From Octopus vulgaris (lineage: Eukaryota), in the NCBI GenBank assembly GCA_951406725.2, contig OX597825.1, positions 79,422,001 to 79,486,000 of the forward strand: a DNA stretch of 64,000 nt. The letters run 5' to 3'. Numbering within the stretch: position 1 is the stretch's first letter; every line of letters starts with the position of its first letter. The translations under genes and the position numbers were made by a program. Positions 14,317 to 28,597 of the stretch are shown piece by piece. Below the pieces are notes generated by a model. It did not search any database, was not told the origin of the DNA, and was given only the letters and a program-made list of their open reading frames with translations.

Positions 14317-15226
14317 GTGAGTCTGTGTTTTCTGTTTTCAACCTTTTGCCTTTAAAAAATACATCAATATTTATGTTGTCATTGTCAAATAATATTGAGG
14401 AAGATTCATCTTCATTGGAACCTTAAATCATCCTCAGTTTGTTTTGTGCATGTTTTTTATCATTTTTTTTCCTGTTCTTGTTTTTCCTTTTCTTTTCTTC
14501 TTTCCCTTTTTGATTTTTATATTTCTACTTTTCTTACATGGAAAATGTGGAGGGGACAGGTGGAGGAGGAGATTGTGAGGGTTGGCTTGAGGAGGGAGGA
14601 CGCCAGAACCCGGGCGAGGTGGTGTGAGAGTGGTTGCTGAAAGAGTGAAATAGATCCGGTCACCCCTGTTAACAGGGACAAATCTGGGTTTAAAATATTG
14701 GACATCTATCAATCGATTCATTAATTTTTTTTTTTATTGATTTATATTGTTGCTTAGCCCAAGATGCCATGCAGTGAGATTGAACCTGAAACTGCATGGT
14801 TGCAAAGTGAGCTTCTTAACCATACAGTCATGCCTGCATCATATATCATTGTTTTTTTATTCTGATTTTAAAACAGTTTTGTGTGATATCAGGGAGATTT
14901 GGTTGCTATTTCTAGCAAGTTGAGTAACCACGTAGAGGCTTCCACATTATTTTAATATTTTTAATGTCAGCGCCTTTTATAGAGTTATAAAACTTGATGC
15001 GTTAAATATAACCAACTCCTTGTAGCTGCAGATGTGGCTGTGTGGTTAGCACTGTGAGGTTAGAACAAAGTTTGCTTCCCAAACACATGGTTTCAGGTTC
15101 AGTCCCACTGTATGGCACCTTGGGCAAATATTTTCAACTAAGCCCAGCGAGTGGATTTGGTAGACAGAAACTGAAAGAAGCCTGATATATATGTGTGTGC
15201 TTGTGTGTGTATGTGTCTGTGTGTAC

Positions 15227-15288
<62 letters not shown>

Positions 15289-17956
15289 ATAATGTATATA
15301 TATCTACATTTGTGCCTGGTGTTGGTTTGTTTATGTTTCCTATAACTTAGTGGTTCAGCCACAGAAAGCAGTAATAGAGGAACAGACTTGAAATAAAATA
15401 AGTTCTGGGGTTGATTTGTTTGACTGGATACATCAAGGCAGTGCCCCAGCATGGCCACAGTCCAGTGACTGGAACAAATAAAGCATGGAAGCTAAGATAC
15501 TCTTAGCACTTAGTGAACGTGTTATATTTTCCAGTGACCTGTTTGGATGTAAGTCACATGCTCAGAATCGTATAAACCATTTATGCTTATTACTAATCTT
15601 TCCTATATACAACGAAGACTTTAATTAGTTTTACGCTTTCCACTGAGTTTACCAAGTGCAAAGTGAGTGCATTAGAACTTTTGGCAGACTGACTGTGGCG
15701 CTTGAAAGTACATTACTCGGCTGTATTGAAACTGCTTGTCAAGGCCACAATTTCTGGCATTGAACTTCAGATGTGGCAGCTAAGATTTGTTTACTCATCT
15801 GTTGTTAGAAAATAACTACAATACCTAACATGGAATTGAATGAAATGTAAAAACCTCTAAGCAGTCAAACAGCTTGCAAGAAATAACAGCTAAATCTACC
15901 TTGAAGCAGGCATTACTGTCTTCGGTAAACAAGGTTACATTGAACTAAGTAGGTGCAAAATGATTTTCTTAATCACATAGCAATTTGCCAGGATTTGAAC
16001 CAAGGATATCTGTTTGTTTTACGTCTGTTTATCCATACTGACATGGGTTAGATGAATACATTACTGAGGCATTGCCTTATAACTGAATGCCCTCCTTGTT
16101 GCTGACTCTTAATTGTTTTTCAAGTAAGGGATTGAGGGGAGCAGAACATTTTAAGTATCCTGCTACCTCTAACATTTGTCAACTGTACTGTGTTCTTTTA
16201 TTGGCCCCAGAGATACAAAAGTACAAGGCAGAATCAATCTGGATGGCTTTTGAAGTGTGGACATAAACAGGTTCAATGGGGAGGTAGAGTTCATAATTTA
16301 TGGCTGTAGACTGTGGGAACACTTAAAGGTTTGTTAGTTTGCTGTGCTGAACTGTAAACTTTCACCCTTTAGCATTTAACCCAGCCATATCCGGCCCAAA
16401 TATTCTACCTGTTTTATATCCAAAGTGACCAGATCCAGCCTCTCACACAAACCTTACAATGTCCTTCTAAAAATCATCGATCACATCATCAAAGTCTTGA
16501 AGCTAAAAGATAATAATACATAATTAATTCCAAACAATGTGAATAAATAAGGATTACATTTAACAGATTAATCCGAATGCTTGGGGATTAAATGGGGTGT
16601 GGAGGAGAAACACTGAAGGGGAAATCGTTTAAATGTACCTTGCAGGTGGCACGTAAAAAAACCATTTTGAACGTGGCCATTGCTATAGACTGGCCCTCGT
16701 ACCGGTGGCACGTAAAAGTACCCACTACACTCTTGGAGTGGTTGGCGTTAGGAAGGGCATCCAGCTGTAGAAACTCTGCCAGATCAGATTGGAGTCTGGT
16801 GCAGTCAAATTGTCCAACCCATGCTAGTATGGAAAGCGGACGTTAAATGATGATGATGATGATGATGATGATGATGTGTGTGTGTGTGTGTGTGTGTATG
16901 TTGAAATGATGATGTTGATTCATTGGAGGCCATTGCAATAATGAGAATTTTATTCTTATGTTTTTCATTACTGAAGTTTATTGCTTTTTATTTCCTGCTA
17001 ATGAAATATAGATTCAGAAAACAAATCTTTTTTTGCTGTATGCAGTGTCATATTTAATGCTGTTGGCTGGTCGAATGAAATCTGACTACAAACCGGGACT
17101 AACCCCTGAGCTCTAAATTAACAACCTGCAATATAATGGATCCTTCATTGGCTTGCTACATGAAGCTACATGAAGCTCCATGAAACTATAGTTTTCAGCA
17201 GGCCATGGCATTCCAATCAGTAAAAGGACATTACTTTTTTTTTGTCAATTTTTTCTATTACAACTATTAGTTGTCTGTTTGCTATAGATTTGCCTCTTTC
17301 ATCACAGATAGCTTAGCACTACATAATCACTGTCAAGCTAATTAATTGACTAATTGATGTACTCTTATGCATCAGAGAGGTGGAGGACTAGAATCGTTGA
17401 TATTGGTCATCATCAATAACAACAAAACAACACATGAATATCTTTTATCTTTTACTTGTTTCAGTCATTCAGCTGTGGTTGTGCTGGGACACCGCTGCCT
17501 TGAAGAATTTTTAGCCAGATAGATTGGTCCCAGTACATTTAAAAAATTATTTTAGCTGGGTACTTATTGTATCAGTCTCTTTTTCTGAACTGCTAAGTTA
17601 TGGGGACATAAACACATCAATACCAGTTGTCAAGTAATGGTGGAGTACAAAGACAAATATAACACACACACACACGCATGTATGTACGATGGGCTTCTTT
17701 CAGTTTCTAACTACCAAGGCTTTGGTTGGCTCGGGGCTGTAGTAGAAGACACTTGCCCAAGATGCTCTGCAGTGGGACTGAACCCAGGACCATGTGGTTG
17801 GGAAGCAAGCTTCTCACCACACAGCCACGCCTGTGCTTATAAGTACTTTCCGTCAATAAAAAAAAATCTCTGTGCGGCCAATTCAACTAGAAAAGCATTG
17901 AATTAAGACCATATTAACACAAATCTTTTTTGCACATTTCAGATCCCTCTCTTTCC

Positions 17957-17988
<32 letters not shown>

Positions 17989-18223
17989 TGTCTGTTCCCA
18001 TCTTTCACCACTCATCCCTCCCTGCTCACCCCCATCCCTGCCACCACCACCACCACCATCAATCATCAATATTTAATCTATTGACCATTTGTGTAAATGG
18101 TGCGAGTTGCTGTTGACACATCCTATTTATTAATTAATTAATCTTATTAGATTTGACCATATTTCGCTTGTTTGTTTGTTTGTTTATCGTATACAATTAT
18201 GTAGTTAATTATATATATATATG

Positions 18224-18274
<51 letters not shown>

Positions 18275-18681
18275 TATGCATTATGTATGATTGATTTTAT
18301 TCTGAGCTAAAAAGCAAAGAAATGCTGAATACACCCTTGTGTTAGAAGCGTGTAGAGTTTGCTGTATTTGTTAGTTATATACGTAATGTATACACACATC
18401 CATCCATGCATCATATGTATGGGTGTATATGTATCATCATCATTGTCATCATTATGATATGTGTATGATATGGATGAGTGTTTGTGTGTAAACACATCTC
18501 TCCACACACACACACATATACCAGAGTAAGCAGATAAATGCAAAATAAGGCGGGAAAAATAGTACTCGAATACCAGAGGTAGAGTAATATGCTTTATTGA
18601 AAAGCAGCAAAGCTATCAGAAAAACTGTTACTCAGAGTTTCATGTTCCTGTTCATTGAGCAGTTTTGTTTAGAATCTAAGC

Positions 18682-18719
18682 CTGATGAACGGGAACGTGA
18701 AACTCTGAGTAACAGTTTT
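18682..18719 (+). ncRNA. Hammerhead-like core in an inverted Penelope-like repeat (5' strand of stem I missing)
   Basis: CTGATGA-ACG GGAA CGT-GAAA-CTC T GAG-TA-ACAGTTTT. Confidence 0.55.
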
Positions 18720-18757
18720 TCTGATAGCTTTGCTGCTTTTCAATAAAGTATATATAT

Positions 18758-18802
<45 letters not shown>

Positions 18803-20083
18803 TCACAAATTCTGTCTCCTTCATACTTTCTCCTTATCTTTCTCTCACCCTCTCACTTCTATTCTAGCCTTTCTATACTACTTTTCTCTCTCCCTCTTGT
18901 ACTCCTAGCCTTTCTCCTTCCCTTTCATCAACTTCCCCCTTTTTTCTCTGTCACTCCCTCTCCCTGCTGTTGTCACATGACCAACAGCCAGTTCCTCTTT
19001 CTCTTCCCTTAGACTGCTCCCTTAGTTGACCACTTGCAAATTCTGTCTCTCCGTTCTTCATCCTTCAAGACATTTCCTAAGTGCTACCCACTATTCTCTT
19101 CTCCTTGGCCCCAAGGCCGTATTTTGTTCGACTGTTCATCCTTGTCCATCGTTCTAAATTACACTCATTTTGCTTGTTTCGTTTTGTTTTATTTGCTCTT
19201 GTCTCTAATTCTACATCAAGAAAACATTTTTTCTGTGGGCACCATCAATTGTGAAGCATTCAGTTTTATTATTAAAAGTGTGAAACTGAACAGTACCATT
19301 GGTCAATAACTGATGAAGAATTACGGACCTTCTGTTTGTCTCCTGTTCACTTTTACATTCAGTATATGCTACGTCGTTTCTTTATACATTTTTCATTTAT
19401 GTGTGTGTGTGTGTGTGTGTGTGTGTATTTATGTGTATAATCATTATGCCGAGGGGGAATTTATCATTCCTCCTTACAGAGTGGATGAAATAAGTACCAG
19501 TTGAGCAACGAGATCGATGTAATTGACTTATCCCATCCTCAGAAATTGCTGGCCTTGTGCCAAAATCTGAAAGCATTCTTCTTATTGTTTATTAAGGCAG
19601 AATTGTTAATGTGTCAAATAAAATGCTTAGGAGCATTTTGTTTGTTTTTACATTGAGTTCAAATTTTACTAAGGTCAACTTTGCCTTTCACCCTTTTGGG
19701 ATTGATCAAATAAGTACCAGTTGGATGCTGGGGTTGATATAATTGATTCATTTCCTCTCCTGAACTTGCTGGCTTTGTGCTAGAATTTGAAACTTTACTA
19801 TTGGCATTGGTGTTGGTGATGGTGCCACCTAAAATGCACAGGTGATGGCGCCATGTAAAAACCATTTGTGATGGTGTCATCGGAAAAAAGCACCCGGCAC
19901 ACTCTAAAGTGGTTGGCATTAGGAAGTGCATCCAGCTGTAGGAAGCAAGCCAAAAACAGACTATGGAACCAGGTGTGGGAGCCTCTGGCCTTGCCAGTTC
20001 CTGTCAAGTTGTCAACCCATGAAAAACAAGTTGTTAAATGATGATGGTGATGATGATACTGATGTTGTTTGTCACTATTATTA

Positions 20084-20125
<42 letters not shown>

Positions 20126-20272
20126 TTATTATTATTAATATTATGTTTTAAAAGGATCGACGTAACTATTCATATTGTCTATTATTATTATCATCATTAT
20201 TATTTTTTTTTTTCTTTTTTATTATTATTATTATATTTTAGAAGGATTGACATAACTCTTCGTATTGTCTAA

Positions 20273-20303
<31 letters not shown>

Positions 20304-20329
20304 ATTATGTTTTTTTCAATCTTTTCCAG

Positions 20330-20458
20330 CAAAAATCTGGCTCTTTGAGGAGTTGTCCTTCTCTTTAGCATTACAGTTTGTGGCCTGGGTCACGTACTCA
20401 TTAATGTTCATTCTCTTTGCTACCGGCTTTACACACCTTGTCTCGCCTCAGGCAATAG
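20330..20458 (+). CDS. CLCN2: ClC-2-like exon C: AKIWLFEELSFSLALQFVAWVTYSLMFILFATGFTHLVSPQAIG; phase 1-1
   Basis: ttttccAG / GTaagt; matches ClC-2 LQYLAWVTY...PQAVG; 129 nt. Confidence 0.95.
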
Positions 20459-21037
20459 GTAAGTGGCAAGTTCTCTTCTCTTCTCTTATTTTGATTTTCT
20501 TCTTATAAACACACTTGTACACGCATATTTTGTTTTTTTTTATTTATGGTGAGCCTCTGAACAGCACAACCAGTCATTGAACAATGATGGAAATATCATA
20601 AGGGAGACTTGTGTCTTGTGGCAGTTCGCAGCATCTGTCCCTCTGGTCTCTGTGGCCAAAGAGGAAGAGATAATCACTCCAAAATGCATTATCCGACAGC
20701 TTGGTTAAGGAAAGCTGTGTGCTGGTTTGGTGTATTTACACCTATTTGTCTGCAGTGAGAAATTTTCTCCATCACAAAATACAGTGATTGACCCTCTCAC
20801 AGGTTCGGATCTGCCTCAAGCATATTTGAACTTTTTGTATTTGCACCTATTTTGTACCCTTATTCCTTGGTGCAGGAGTGGCTGTGTGGTGAGTAGCTTA
20901 CTTACCAACCACATGGTTCCGGGTTCAGTTCCACTGAGTGGCACCTTGGGCAAGTGTCTTCTACTATAGCCTTGGGCCGACCAAAGCCTTGTGAGTGGAT
21001 TTGATAGACGAAAACTGAAAGAAGCCTGTCGTATATA

Positions 21038-21086
<49 letters not shown>

Positions 21087-22906
21087 TTGTGTGTCTGTGT
21101 TTGTCCCCCCAACATCACTTGACAACCAATGTTGGTATGTTTACGTCCCTGTAACTTAGCGGTTCGGCAAAAGAGACTGATAGAATAAGTACTAGTCTTA
21201 CAAAGGATAAGTCCTGGGATCGATTTACTCGACTAAAGGCGGTGCTCCAGCATGACTGAAACAAGTAGAAGAGTAAAAGAGAGTATGCGTATAGGTGCTG
21301 GCATAGCTGCATGCTTAATGCATGTTTCCTCCCAGGTGGCGCCTGAAGTATCCTGCATCTCCTTCCATAATCTTCGGTTAACAAATGTCCTGTGAGTAAA
21401 ATTTAGTTGATGGAAACTGCACGGAAGCCCATTGTTATATCTGTGTGTTGTTGTTTGTATTGTTGTTGTTTTGTCCTAAATCAGACCTGATTGAGCAGAC
21501 CTATGATCAAAGACCTATTAGTCATAATCATTCTATCATTTGGTATCTCTGTGTCCATATTGGTGACTCCTTCCATTTAAATTTTTTTTAAGATAGTAGA
21601 GTATGACTGGAGGTATTTCTAGCAAACTGAGCAACCACATAACGAGCTTCCTCATTAGGTTTTGTGGATATGTGTGTATGTATCATCATCATCGTTTAAG
21701 GTCCGCTTTCCATGCTAGCATGGGTTGGACGAATGACTGAGGGCTGGCGAACCAGATGACTGCACCAGGCTCCAATCTTGATCTGGCAGAGTTTCTACAG
21801 CTGGATGCCCTTCTTAATGCCAACCACTCCGAGAGTGTAGTAGGTGTTTTTTACGTGCCACTGGTACAGGGGCCAGTCAGGCGGTATATAAAGCGTGTGT
21901 ATTTGTATGCGTATACATGAACTGTATGTGATGTGTGTGTATGTATATAAAGTGCGTGTGTTTGTATGTGCATACATGAACTGTGTGTAGTGTGTGTGTA
22001 TTTGTATGCATATACATGAGCTGTGTGTGTATGTATGTGTATGAGATGGGTGCACATGTTAAGAGTGTTTATTATGTGCGCACATAAGATATGAGTGCAC
22101 ATATGAAGTATATATATTTGTATGTGCATACATAAACTGTGCATTTTTATTTATGCATGTACGTGGGAGATGTGTGTAGCTGCATATAAGTTATTTAGTG
22201 GAAAATAATCAAAGTGACTGCGAAGGTTATTGACTTTGTTGGTCATGTTAAAGTCAAGCTTATTAAAATTGGAGAGCATGTTCTCTATTAATTGAAAGTG
22301 GTTGACCGCTTATTAATTCAAAGTGGTTATCAATAAAGTTTGCGATAACCAGAACAGCTGAAAATCATGTCCATAACTCAGTGTTCCTTGTGAATCCATG
22401 AAATGTAGGCCTTTTTAAAGTCTTTGCTTTAATGTTTTTGCATGCTCAGTTCACCAAATTTACTACATAAATAAATAGTAGAAGTACCAACCAAGAACTG
22501 GAGTTAATTAAGCCTTTTCCACTAAATTGTTGGTTAGAAACAAGTATTAACCTCTCGACTCCGCACAATTCACAGAACCCTTGTGAAGGGTCATGAGTGT
22601 TGTCCTTCCTTTCTCATTCGAAGAATAAAATTAAAAAATACCTCACAGACATGACTGTGTGGCTCACTTCACAACCACATAGTTTTGGGTTCAATCCCAC
22701 TTCTTGGCACCACAGGTATGTGTCTGCTGTAATAGAAGACACTTTCATCGGTCCCAGAAAGATGAAAGGTAGAATTGACTTTGACAGGATTTGACCTCAG
22801 AATCTCAGAATTGTAAAACATTCTCTCTGATGCTCTAATGATTCTATCAATCCATTACTTCTGCAAGGGCAACAGGTTAGCAGATCATTAGAGATGGCAA
22901 GATGAG

Positions 22907-22967
<61 letters not shown>

Positions 22968-22970
22968 TCG

Positions 22971-23037
22971 AAATGGCGGTGCCCCAGCATGGCCACAGCT
23001 CATAAGCTGAAACTAGAATCAATCAATCAATCAATCA
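22971..23037 (+). mobile_element. Very short 3' end of the same LINE family with (ATCA)n tail
   Basis: Reverse complement of the tail at about 51816-51882. Confidence 0.8.
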
Positions 23038-23900
23038 ATGGAAATTGCAGATGTGTTACCAGTGCCGGTGGCATGTCGATACTCTACTTGTGAAGACCCG
23101 TTGAGGCAAGTGAGGATCAGAATGGAAATCGATCAATGGAAATTGCAGATGTGTTACCAGTGCCGGTGGCATGTAAGAGAACCTTCCGTTTCGCGACCAT
23201 TGCCAGCACCGCCCCGTTTCGTGTCCGTTGCCAGCCTCGCCTGGCCCTTGTGCCGGTGGCACATAAAAAAGCACCATCCGTTCGTGGCCGTTTGCCAGCT
23301 CTGTCTGGCACCTGTGCGGGTGGCACGTAAAAAGCACCCACTACACTCACGGAGTGGTTGGCGTTAGGAAGGGCATCCAGCCGTAGAAACACTGCCAGAT
23401 TTGACTGGGCCTGATGAAGCCTTCTGGCTTCACAGACCCCAGTAGAACCGTCCAACCCATGCTAGCATGGAAAACGGACGCTAAACGACGATGATGATGA
23501 TGATGATGATGACTATAGGCACAAGGCCTGAAATTTTGGGGGAGGTGGGGGCCAGTTGATTCAATTGACTCCAGTATGCAACTGGTACTTAACTAATTGA
23601 TCTTGAAAGGATGAAAGACAAAGTCGACCTTGACTGAATTTGAACGATGAAATGCTGCTAAGCATTTTGCCAGGCATGCTAATGATTCTGCCAGCTTCCT
23701 TCCTACAACATAAAATTTTGGAGAAGGGGGTTAGTTGATTAATTGACCCCTGTACTTGACTAGTACTTTATTTTGCTGATTGGCACTTTAAAGATTCTGC
23801 CAGCTCACTGCCTTAATTATGATAATGCTAATCAAAAAATAACGATTTCCTTAATTGGACGGTCTCTCAGTCTTATCTTTCTCTCTTGTTTCTTTCTCAG

Positions 23901-24034
23901 GTTCTGGAATTCCAGAGATGAAAACCATTCTTCGAGGTGTTGTCCTAAAGGAATATCTTACCTTCCGTACACTGGTTGCCAAAATTGTTGGCCTCTGTTC
24001 ATCGCTGGGTAGCACATTGCCCCTGGGCAAAGAG
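23901..24034 (+). CDS. CLCN2: ClC-2-like exon D: [45 protein letters not shown]; phase 1-0
   Basis: tttctcAG / GTaatt; GSGIPE filter motif and gating glutamate (GKE|GP); 134 nt. Confidence 0.98.
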
Positions 24035-24588
24035 GTAATTCAGTCATGCTTATTTATTTATTTTTTTAGGGGTTCAAAAATGGGAAATTGGAACCAAGTC
24101 TATGGAACTGAATGAACTTTGGAACTTGTGAGATGATAGTGATGATGATGGTGGCGGCTGCAGTCCTGTTTGTAGTGACTGGGGTGGTTGAGATGGTGGT
24201 GGTCATGATAGGGATTATGATGATTGTGATGTTGATCGTGATGGTGATGATGATGGTGCTGTTAAACGCTTTGCCTGGCATGCTAACAAGCCTGCCAGCT
24301 CGCCACCTTTGTGTGTGAGATGGTATTAAAAACTAGATTCGTTTGATTGTTTGCTTGATATCAATTTGATGTCAGTGATCAGTAATAATTGATGAGTGAC
24401 ATTAACAGGCATTAATAATTTAAATATTCCAGATTATTAACCTAATTCTCTTTTGTGTGCTTGCGCGTTCTAGTTTCCTGCACTATTTTAATTAATCTAA
24501 TTCCTAATTGTCTTAATATTCCCCTCTACCTACATATACATGTTTCTGTAAACTCTTTTTGGATTTGAAACCCTTTTTTTATACAATA

Positions 24589-24984
24589 CTAGCAGTATCA
24601 CCCGGCGTTGCTCGGGTTTGTAAGGGAAATAACTATATAAGCATTTTTAGAGAGTTATAGCCAAAAAGTAGCAAAAAAATGCATTAAAAATGGAAAAAAA
24701 TGATGGTAAATTTTTTTAAAAATCGTTGACTCATCGTAGACATTTTTAGAGAGTTACTTCCCTTATATAATAGCGAAAAAATGCATTAAAATGGAAAAAA
24801 TGATGGTAAATTATTTTTTAAATCGTAGACTCATCGTAGACGCGCGCTAATACCCAGAAGGGCTCGATATGAATCACGACTATAAGATACCCGGTTTTGG
24901 TTAAACTGCACCGCAAAATGTGGGAGTAGTTAGGAATCTAAATCGTAGGAGACAGACACACAACTTGACTTTTATATATAAAGA
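24589..24984 (-). mobile_element. Non-autonomous Helitron with an internal ~100-bp tandem repeat
   Basis: Minus strand A|TCTTTATATATAAAAG ... CCCGAGCAACGCCGGG hairpin ... CTAG|T; canonical TC/CTAG ends in an AT target. Confidence 0.85.
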
Positions 24985-26866
24985 TTTCTATGCACTTGAC
25001 TTCTTTTTTGCTGGGAAAACTTAGTTTTGAATTAATCATGACTTATGTCATATCTTTGAGATTTTGATGATGTGATTGTTTATCTTTAGAATGACATTGT
25101 AGGGTAGGTATGAGACGCTGAATCTGGCCAGTTTGAACATAAAACAAAGTAGAATATTTGGGCTGAATATGGCCAGTTTAAATGTTAAAAGTTTATTGTA
25201 CTACAGTGCCCTCGGCCAGTTAACCTGATTGTTGACCTCTAGACAATATTGTCTCTTCCTCTTTATTAGTCATTGCAGTTGTGTGTCATCAGCTGCACTT
25301 ACTTCACTTAATTAACCCATTTAGTTTTTAATTAGGTCACTACCAGATCTCTACACGTCTTGCCTTAAACGTCTCTGATTGTAAAGGTGGTGCTGCAGCA
25401 TGACCTTTGATGTGATGGCTAAGACAAATTTAAGAATATAAGAGCTAAAGTAAGATAAAAAAATAATAACTAAATTGTCTTTGAGATTTGAACTCACTAC
25501 CTTCATACACTGGGCTAGAAGTCATTAAGTACTTAGTCTTGTTGCTTCTATTTTCGTCATAATTTCTCAGATTTGTGTTAAGAATTTGAGGGAAAATTGT
25601 GTGGGAAGAAATATCTGACAAAAATGATAAGATAAATGCTAGAGTTTAAGGGAACTAGTGTTAGTCAATGTCAGCAAAAACAAAACGAAAATTTATAAGC
25701 TAAAATATTTTAGTAAGAAATGAAATTTGTGCTGTGGAAGTGAATTTGCTAAACAAACAAGCTTGCTTTATGAGATTTGAGTTTAATATTGTAAGTTTCA
25801 GAGAGAAACATTGGGTTTGAATGTTGGGACAAAATAGTAGTTTTTGTGTCCTGGGTATGGTGTTAAATTGCATCTGATAGTGGGACCCTGGTTTTTGGAG
25901 TTCTTGGATTTTGAAGAGCGTGAAACCACCTTTTAGACAGTATTGTTTCTAGGTCACCCTGCCATGGGTTAAAATAGCATGTAACTAACCACTCATGAGA
26001 TGCAGCATGGTGGATGTGAATTATTTCAGTAAATGAGTCTTATTGAATCAATGGCAAACATCCATAGATGCTGAATAGATGAACAGACAAGAAATTGCCA
26101 ACAGCCAGGGTCAACCAGTTCAGTTAGCAAACCACTGCTGCCATCTGTGGTTGTGGTGTTTGCTGGTGAGATATTTCAGCTCATGAAAAAACAATGTGAT
26201 TAAAACTCAAACCAAATATTCTGGCATGGAAGTTCTATGGTAAACATCCCATAAATATTCTATGGTAAACACATAACCTTTGTCAAGGAAGTCACCAAAA
26301 TTGTTCATTGACTTCATGGTATGGGTAGGGGGAAGATACATGTTGAAATATGGGATGGTTACACAGATCAAAGGTCCTTTTGACCAGGGCAGACCTGGTG
26401 CTAAAATAGCAATATTCGGAAGAAGTGAATTTCTCCTGGCCTTTGCAGACGTTTTGGATATACAAAGTTCTAACGCCTGCTATTTTGCAGTTATTGTTAT
26501 TGCAAATCTCTCATCAGGAGCATTCTAGCTGTGAACATTCCATCTTTTTTTGTATATCTAGAGCTATATTATGTAAAATATTGTAGACTACCATCAAGAC
26601 TACGAAAAAACAAAAGATGAAGACAGGTGGTGTACAAAACAAACAGATGTATTAGTATAACGCTCAGGAATAGAAAAAGTCATTTACGTTTCGAGCCTAC
26701 GCTCTTCTACAGAAAAGGACGCAGAAAAAACAAGGAGAGAAAAAAATGTGTTTAGTGGCTAACAATCTATCATGACGACTGTATATATATGTGTGTATAT
26801 ATATGTATATATATACACACATACATACACCTATATAAATGTGAATGTGTGTGGGTGTGCGCGCAC

Positions 26867-26900
<34 letters not shown>

Positions 26901-27281
26901 TCATCCAACCCATGCCAGCATGGAAAATGGATGTTAAGCGATGATGATGATAATGATATATACACACACGCACGCACACACACACACACACACGCGCGCA
27001 TGATATGCCTTCCTTCTTGCACACACACACGCATGCATCTATATATATAATATGTGTGTGCGTGTGCATGTGTGCCTGTCTCTGTGTGTGTGTATATGTA
27101 TGTATATATACAGACACACACGCATACACACATTCATTGTCTTGTAAGGTTTAAGGTTTCCACAATACTTTTAGCACAAGAAACAAATATTTGCATCTTC
27201 CAATTTCCACATGTCTTATTTGGCTACAAATTGTATATATGTATATGTATTTATATATATTTCTTCTTTTCCTTCTTTTAG

Positions 27282-27359
27282 GGTCCATTTGTACACATAG
27301 CAAGTATAGTTGCTACACTCCTAGGAAAGCTGGTTGGCTCTTTTCGTGGTATCTATGAA
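27282..27359 (+). CDS. CLCN2: ClC-2-like exon E: GPFVHIASIVATLLGKLVGSFRGIYE; phase 0-0
   Basis: cttttAG / GTaagt; GPFVHIAS motif; 78 nt. Confidence 0.97.
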
Positions 27360-27751
27360 GTAAGTTCTTTGCTTTCATTTCAATCCTGTCACCAAACACA
27401 AAACGCAGCATTTGTTGTTCTACTCTTAGTCTTTTTTTTATACTCCTTTCATTTTCTGATTTCATCGATTAGTCACGTGGTGTGAAGGTGCACGGCTTAG
27501 TGGTTAAAGCTGTCACACTCTCAGTTGTAAGATAGTTGTTTCGATTCCAGGGCTTGGTGGTGTGTTGTGTTCCTGAGCAAAATCTCTTCATTTCACATTC
27601 CTCCTGTCAACTCATCTGTGAATGATTTCCAGCAATAACTGGGGAAGTTAACCCTGTGATGGACTGGCATCCCATTCAGGGAGAAGTGTTGTAATCTCAA
27701 TTTGTATATATATGTTTGTACCTTTGTTTTGTGTGTCTTTGCTTCTTTTAA

Positions 27752-28019
27752 CCCTTTCCTTACTGTATTTATTTTGAGATGCTCTGTGTTTCTTTCAATT
27801 ACATTAAATATAACAAAGAATTTAGAAAAATAACTCAGTGGTCCAACCCATGCTAGCATGGAAAGCGGACGCTAAACGATGATGATTATCATTCAGCTAG
27901 TGTTATGAACATAAATTGTGACTAATGTTTGGTGGAAGATTTTAATTCAAAACTTAGGAAAACAAGACATTTGTACTACAGAACCAGAGCTGGTTTCAGC
28001 CGGGTTGGTATCGAAAGGG
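27752..28019. mobile_element. piggyBac-like MITE family 1 (related copies ~7594-7814, ~7967-8124), carrying a nested (GAT)n-tailed repeat end
   Basis: TTAA|CCCTTTC ... GAAAGGG|TTAA. Confidence 0.8.
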
Positions 28020-28376
28020 TTAATCTTAACATTGGACGATAATTGTAAGCAAGAATCACTATCATGTCCTTTGTTTCCAATCTTTCATGGAAAAATGTCC
28101 AGTCAAGGAGGAAATATCATTATTCTTGGAAATAGGTGAGGGTTGGCAACAGGAAGGGCATCTGGCCATAGAAAATATGCCACAATGAATTCCGTCTGAC
28201 CCATGCCAGCATTGAAAAGTAGATGTTAAATGATGAAGTTTTAACTTTGTATTTTCTTGTTTTCGTATTAAGTTCAGTTTTAATGCAATTCAGTCTTATT
28301 ACAATTTGGAACTTTTTTACACTTTGACCTTAATATGACTTGAATCTTTTTGGTATTGGCAATATTCTATCGTCAT

Positions 28377-28597
28377 AAGGCGGTGTGCTGGCAGAATCAT
28401 TAGCATGCCACCCAAAATGCTTAGCAACATTTCATCTGTCTTTACATTCTGAGTTCAAATTCCGCCAAGGTTGACTTTGCCTTTCATCCTTTTGGGGTCG
28501 ATAGATTAAGTACCAGTTGCATACTGGGGTTGATCTAATCGACTGGCCCCCTACCCCAAAAATTTCGGGCCATGTGCCTAGAGTAGAAAAGAATATT
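28377..28597 (+). mobile_element. tRNA-derived SINE family B. Other copies: ~750-905, ~23515-23700, ~29790-30025, ~36290-36520, ~44860-45075, ~53118-53335, ~54448-54665, ~58180-58405, ~62370-62595
   Basis: GAGTTCAAATTCC B box and central GCCTTTCATCCTTTTGGGGTCGATA..TAAGTACCAG domain repeated in both orientations. Confidence 0.85.

Noticed and set aside
14238-14426. ORF-track starts and ends overlapping true exons (also 1696, 23855, 50286, 59929)
   Set aside because: These boundaries are intron read-through. Exon limits were set from AG/GT sites, phase and homology instead.
17148-17205. GAAACTATAGTT palindrome with short CATGAAGCT repeats
   Set aside because: No CUGANGA core; compatible with chance or local slippage.
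19283-19325. GAAACTGAACAGTA...CTGATGA, a possible permuted hammerhead
   Set aside because: Stem I is mismatched next to the core and there is no convincing stem II.
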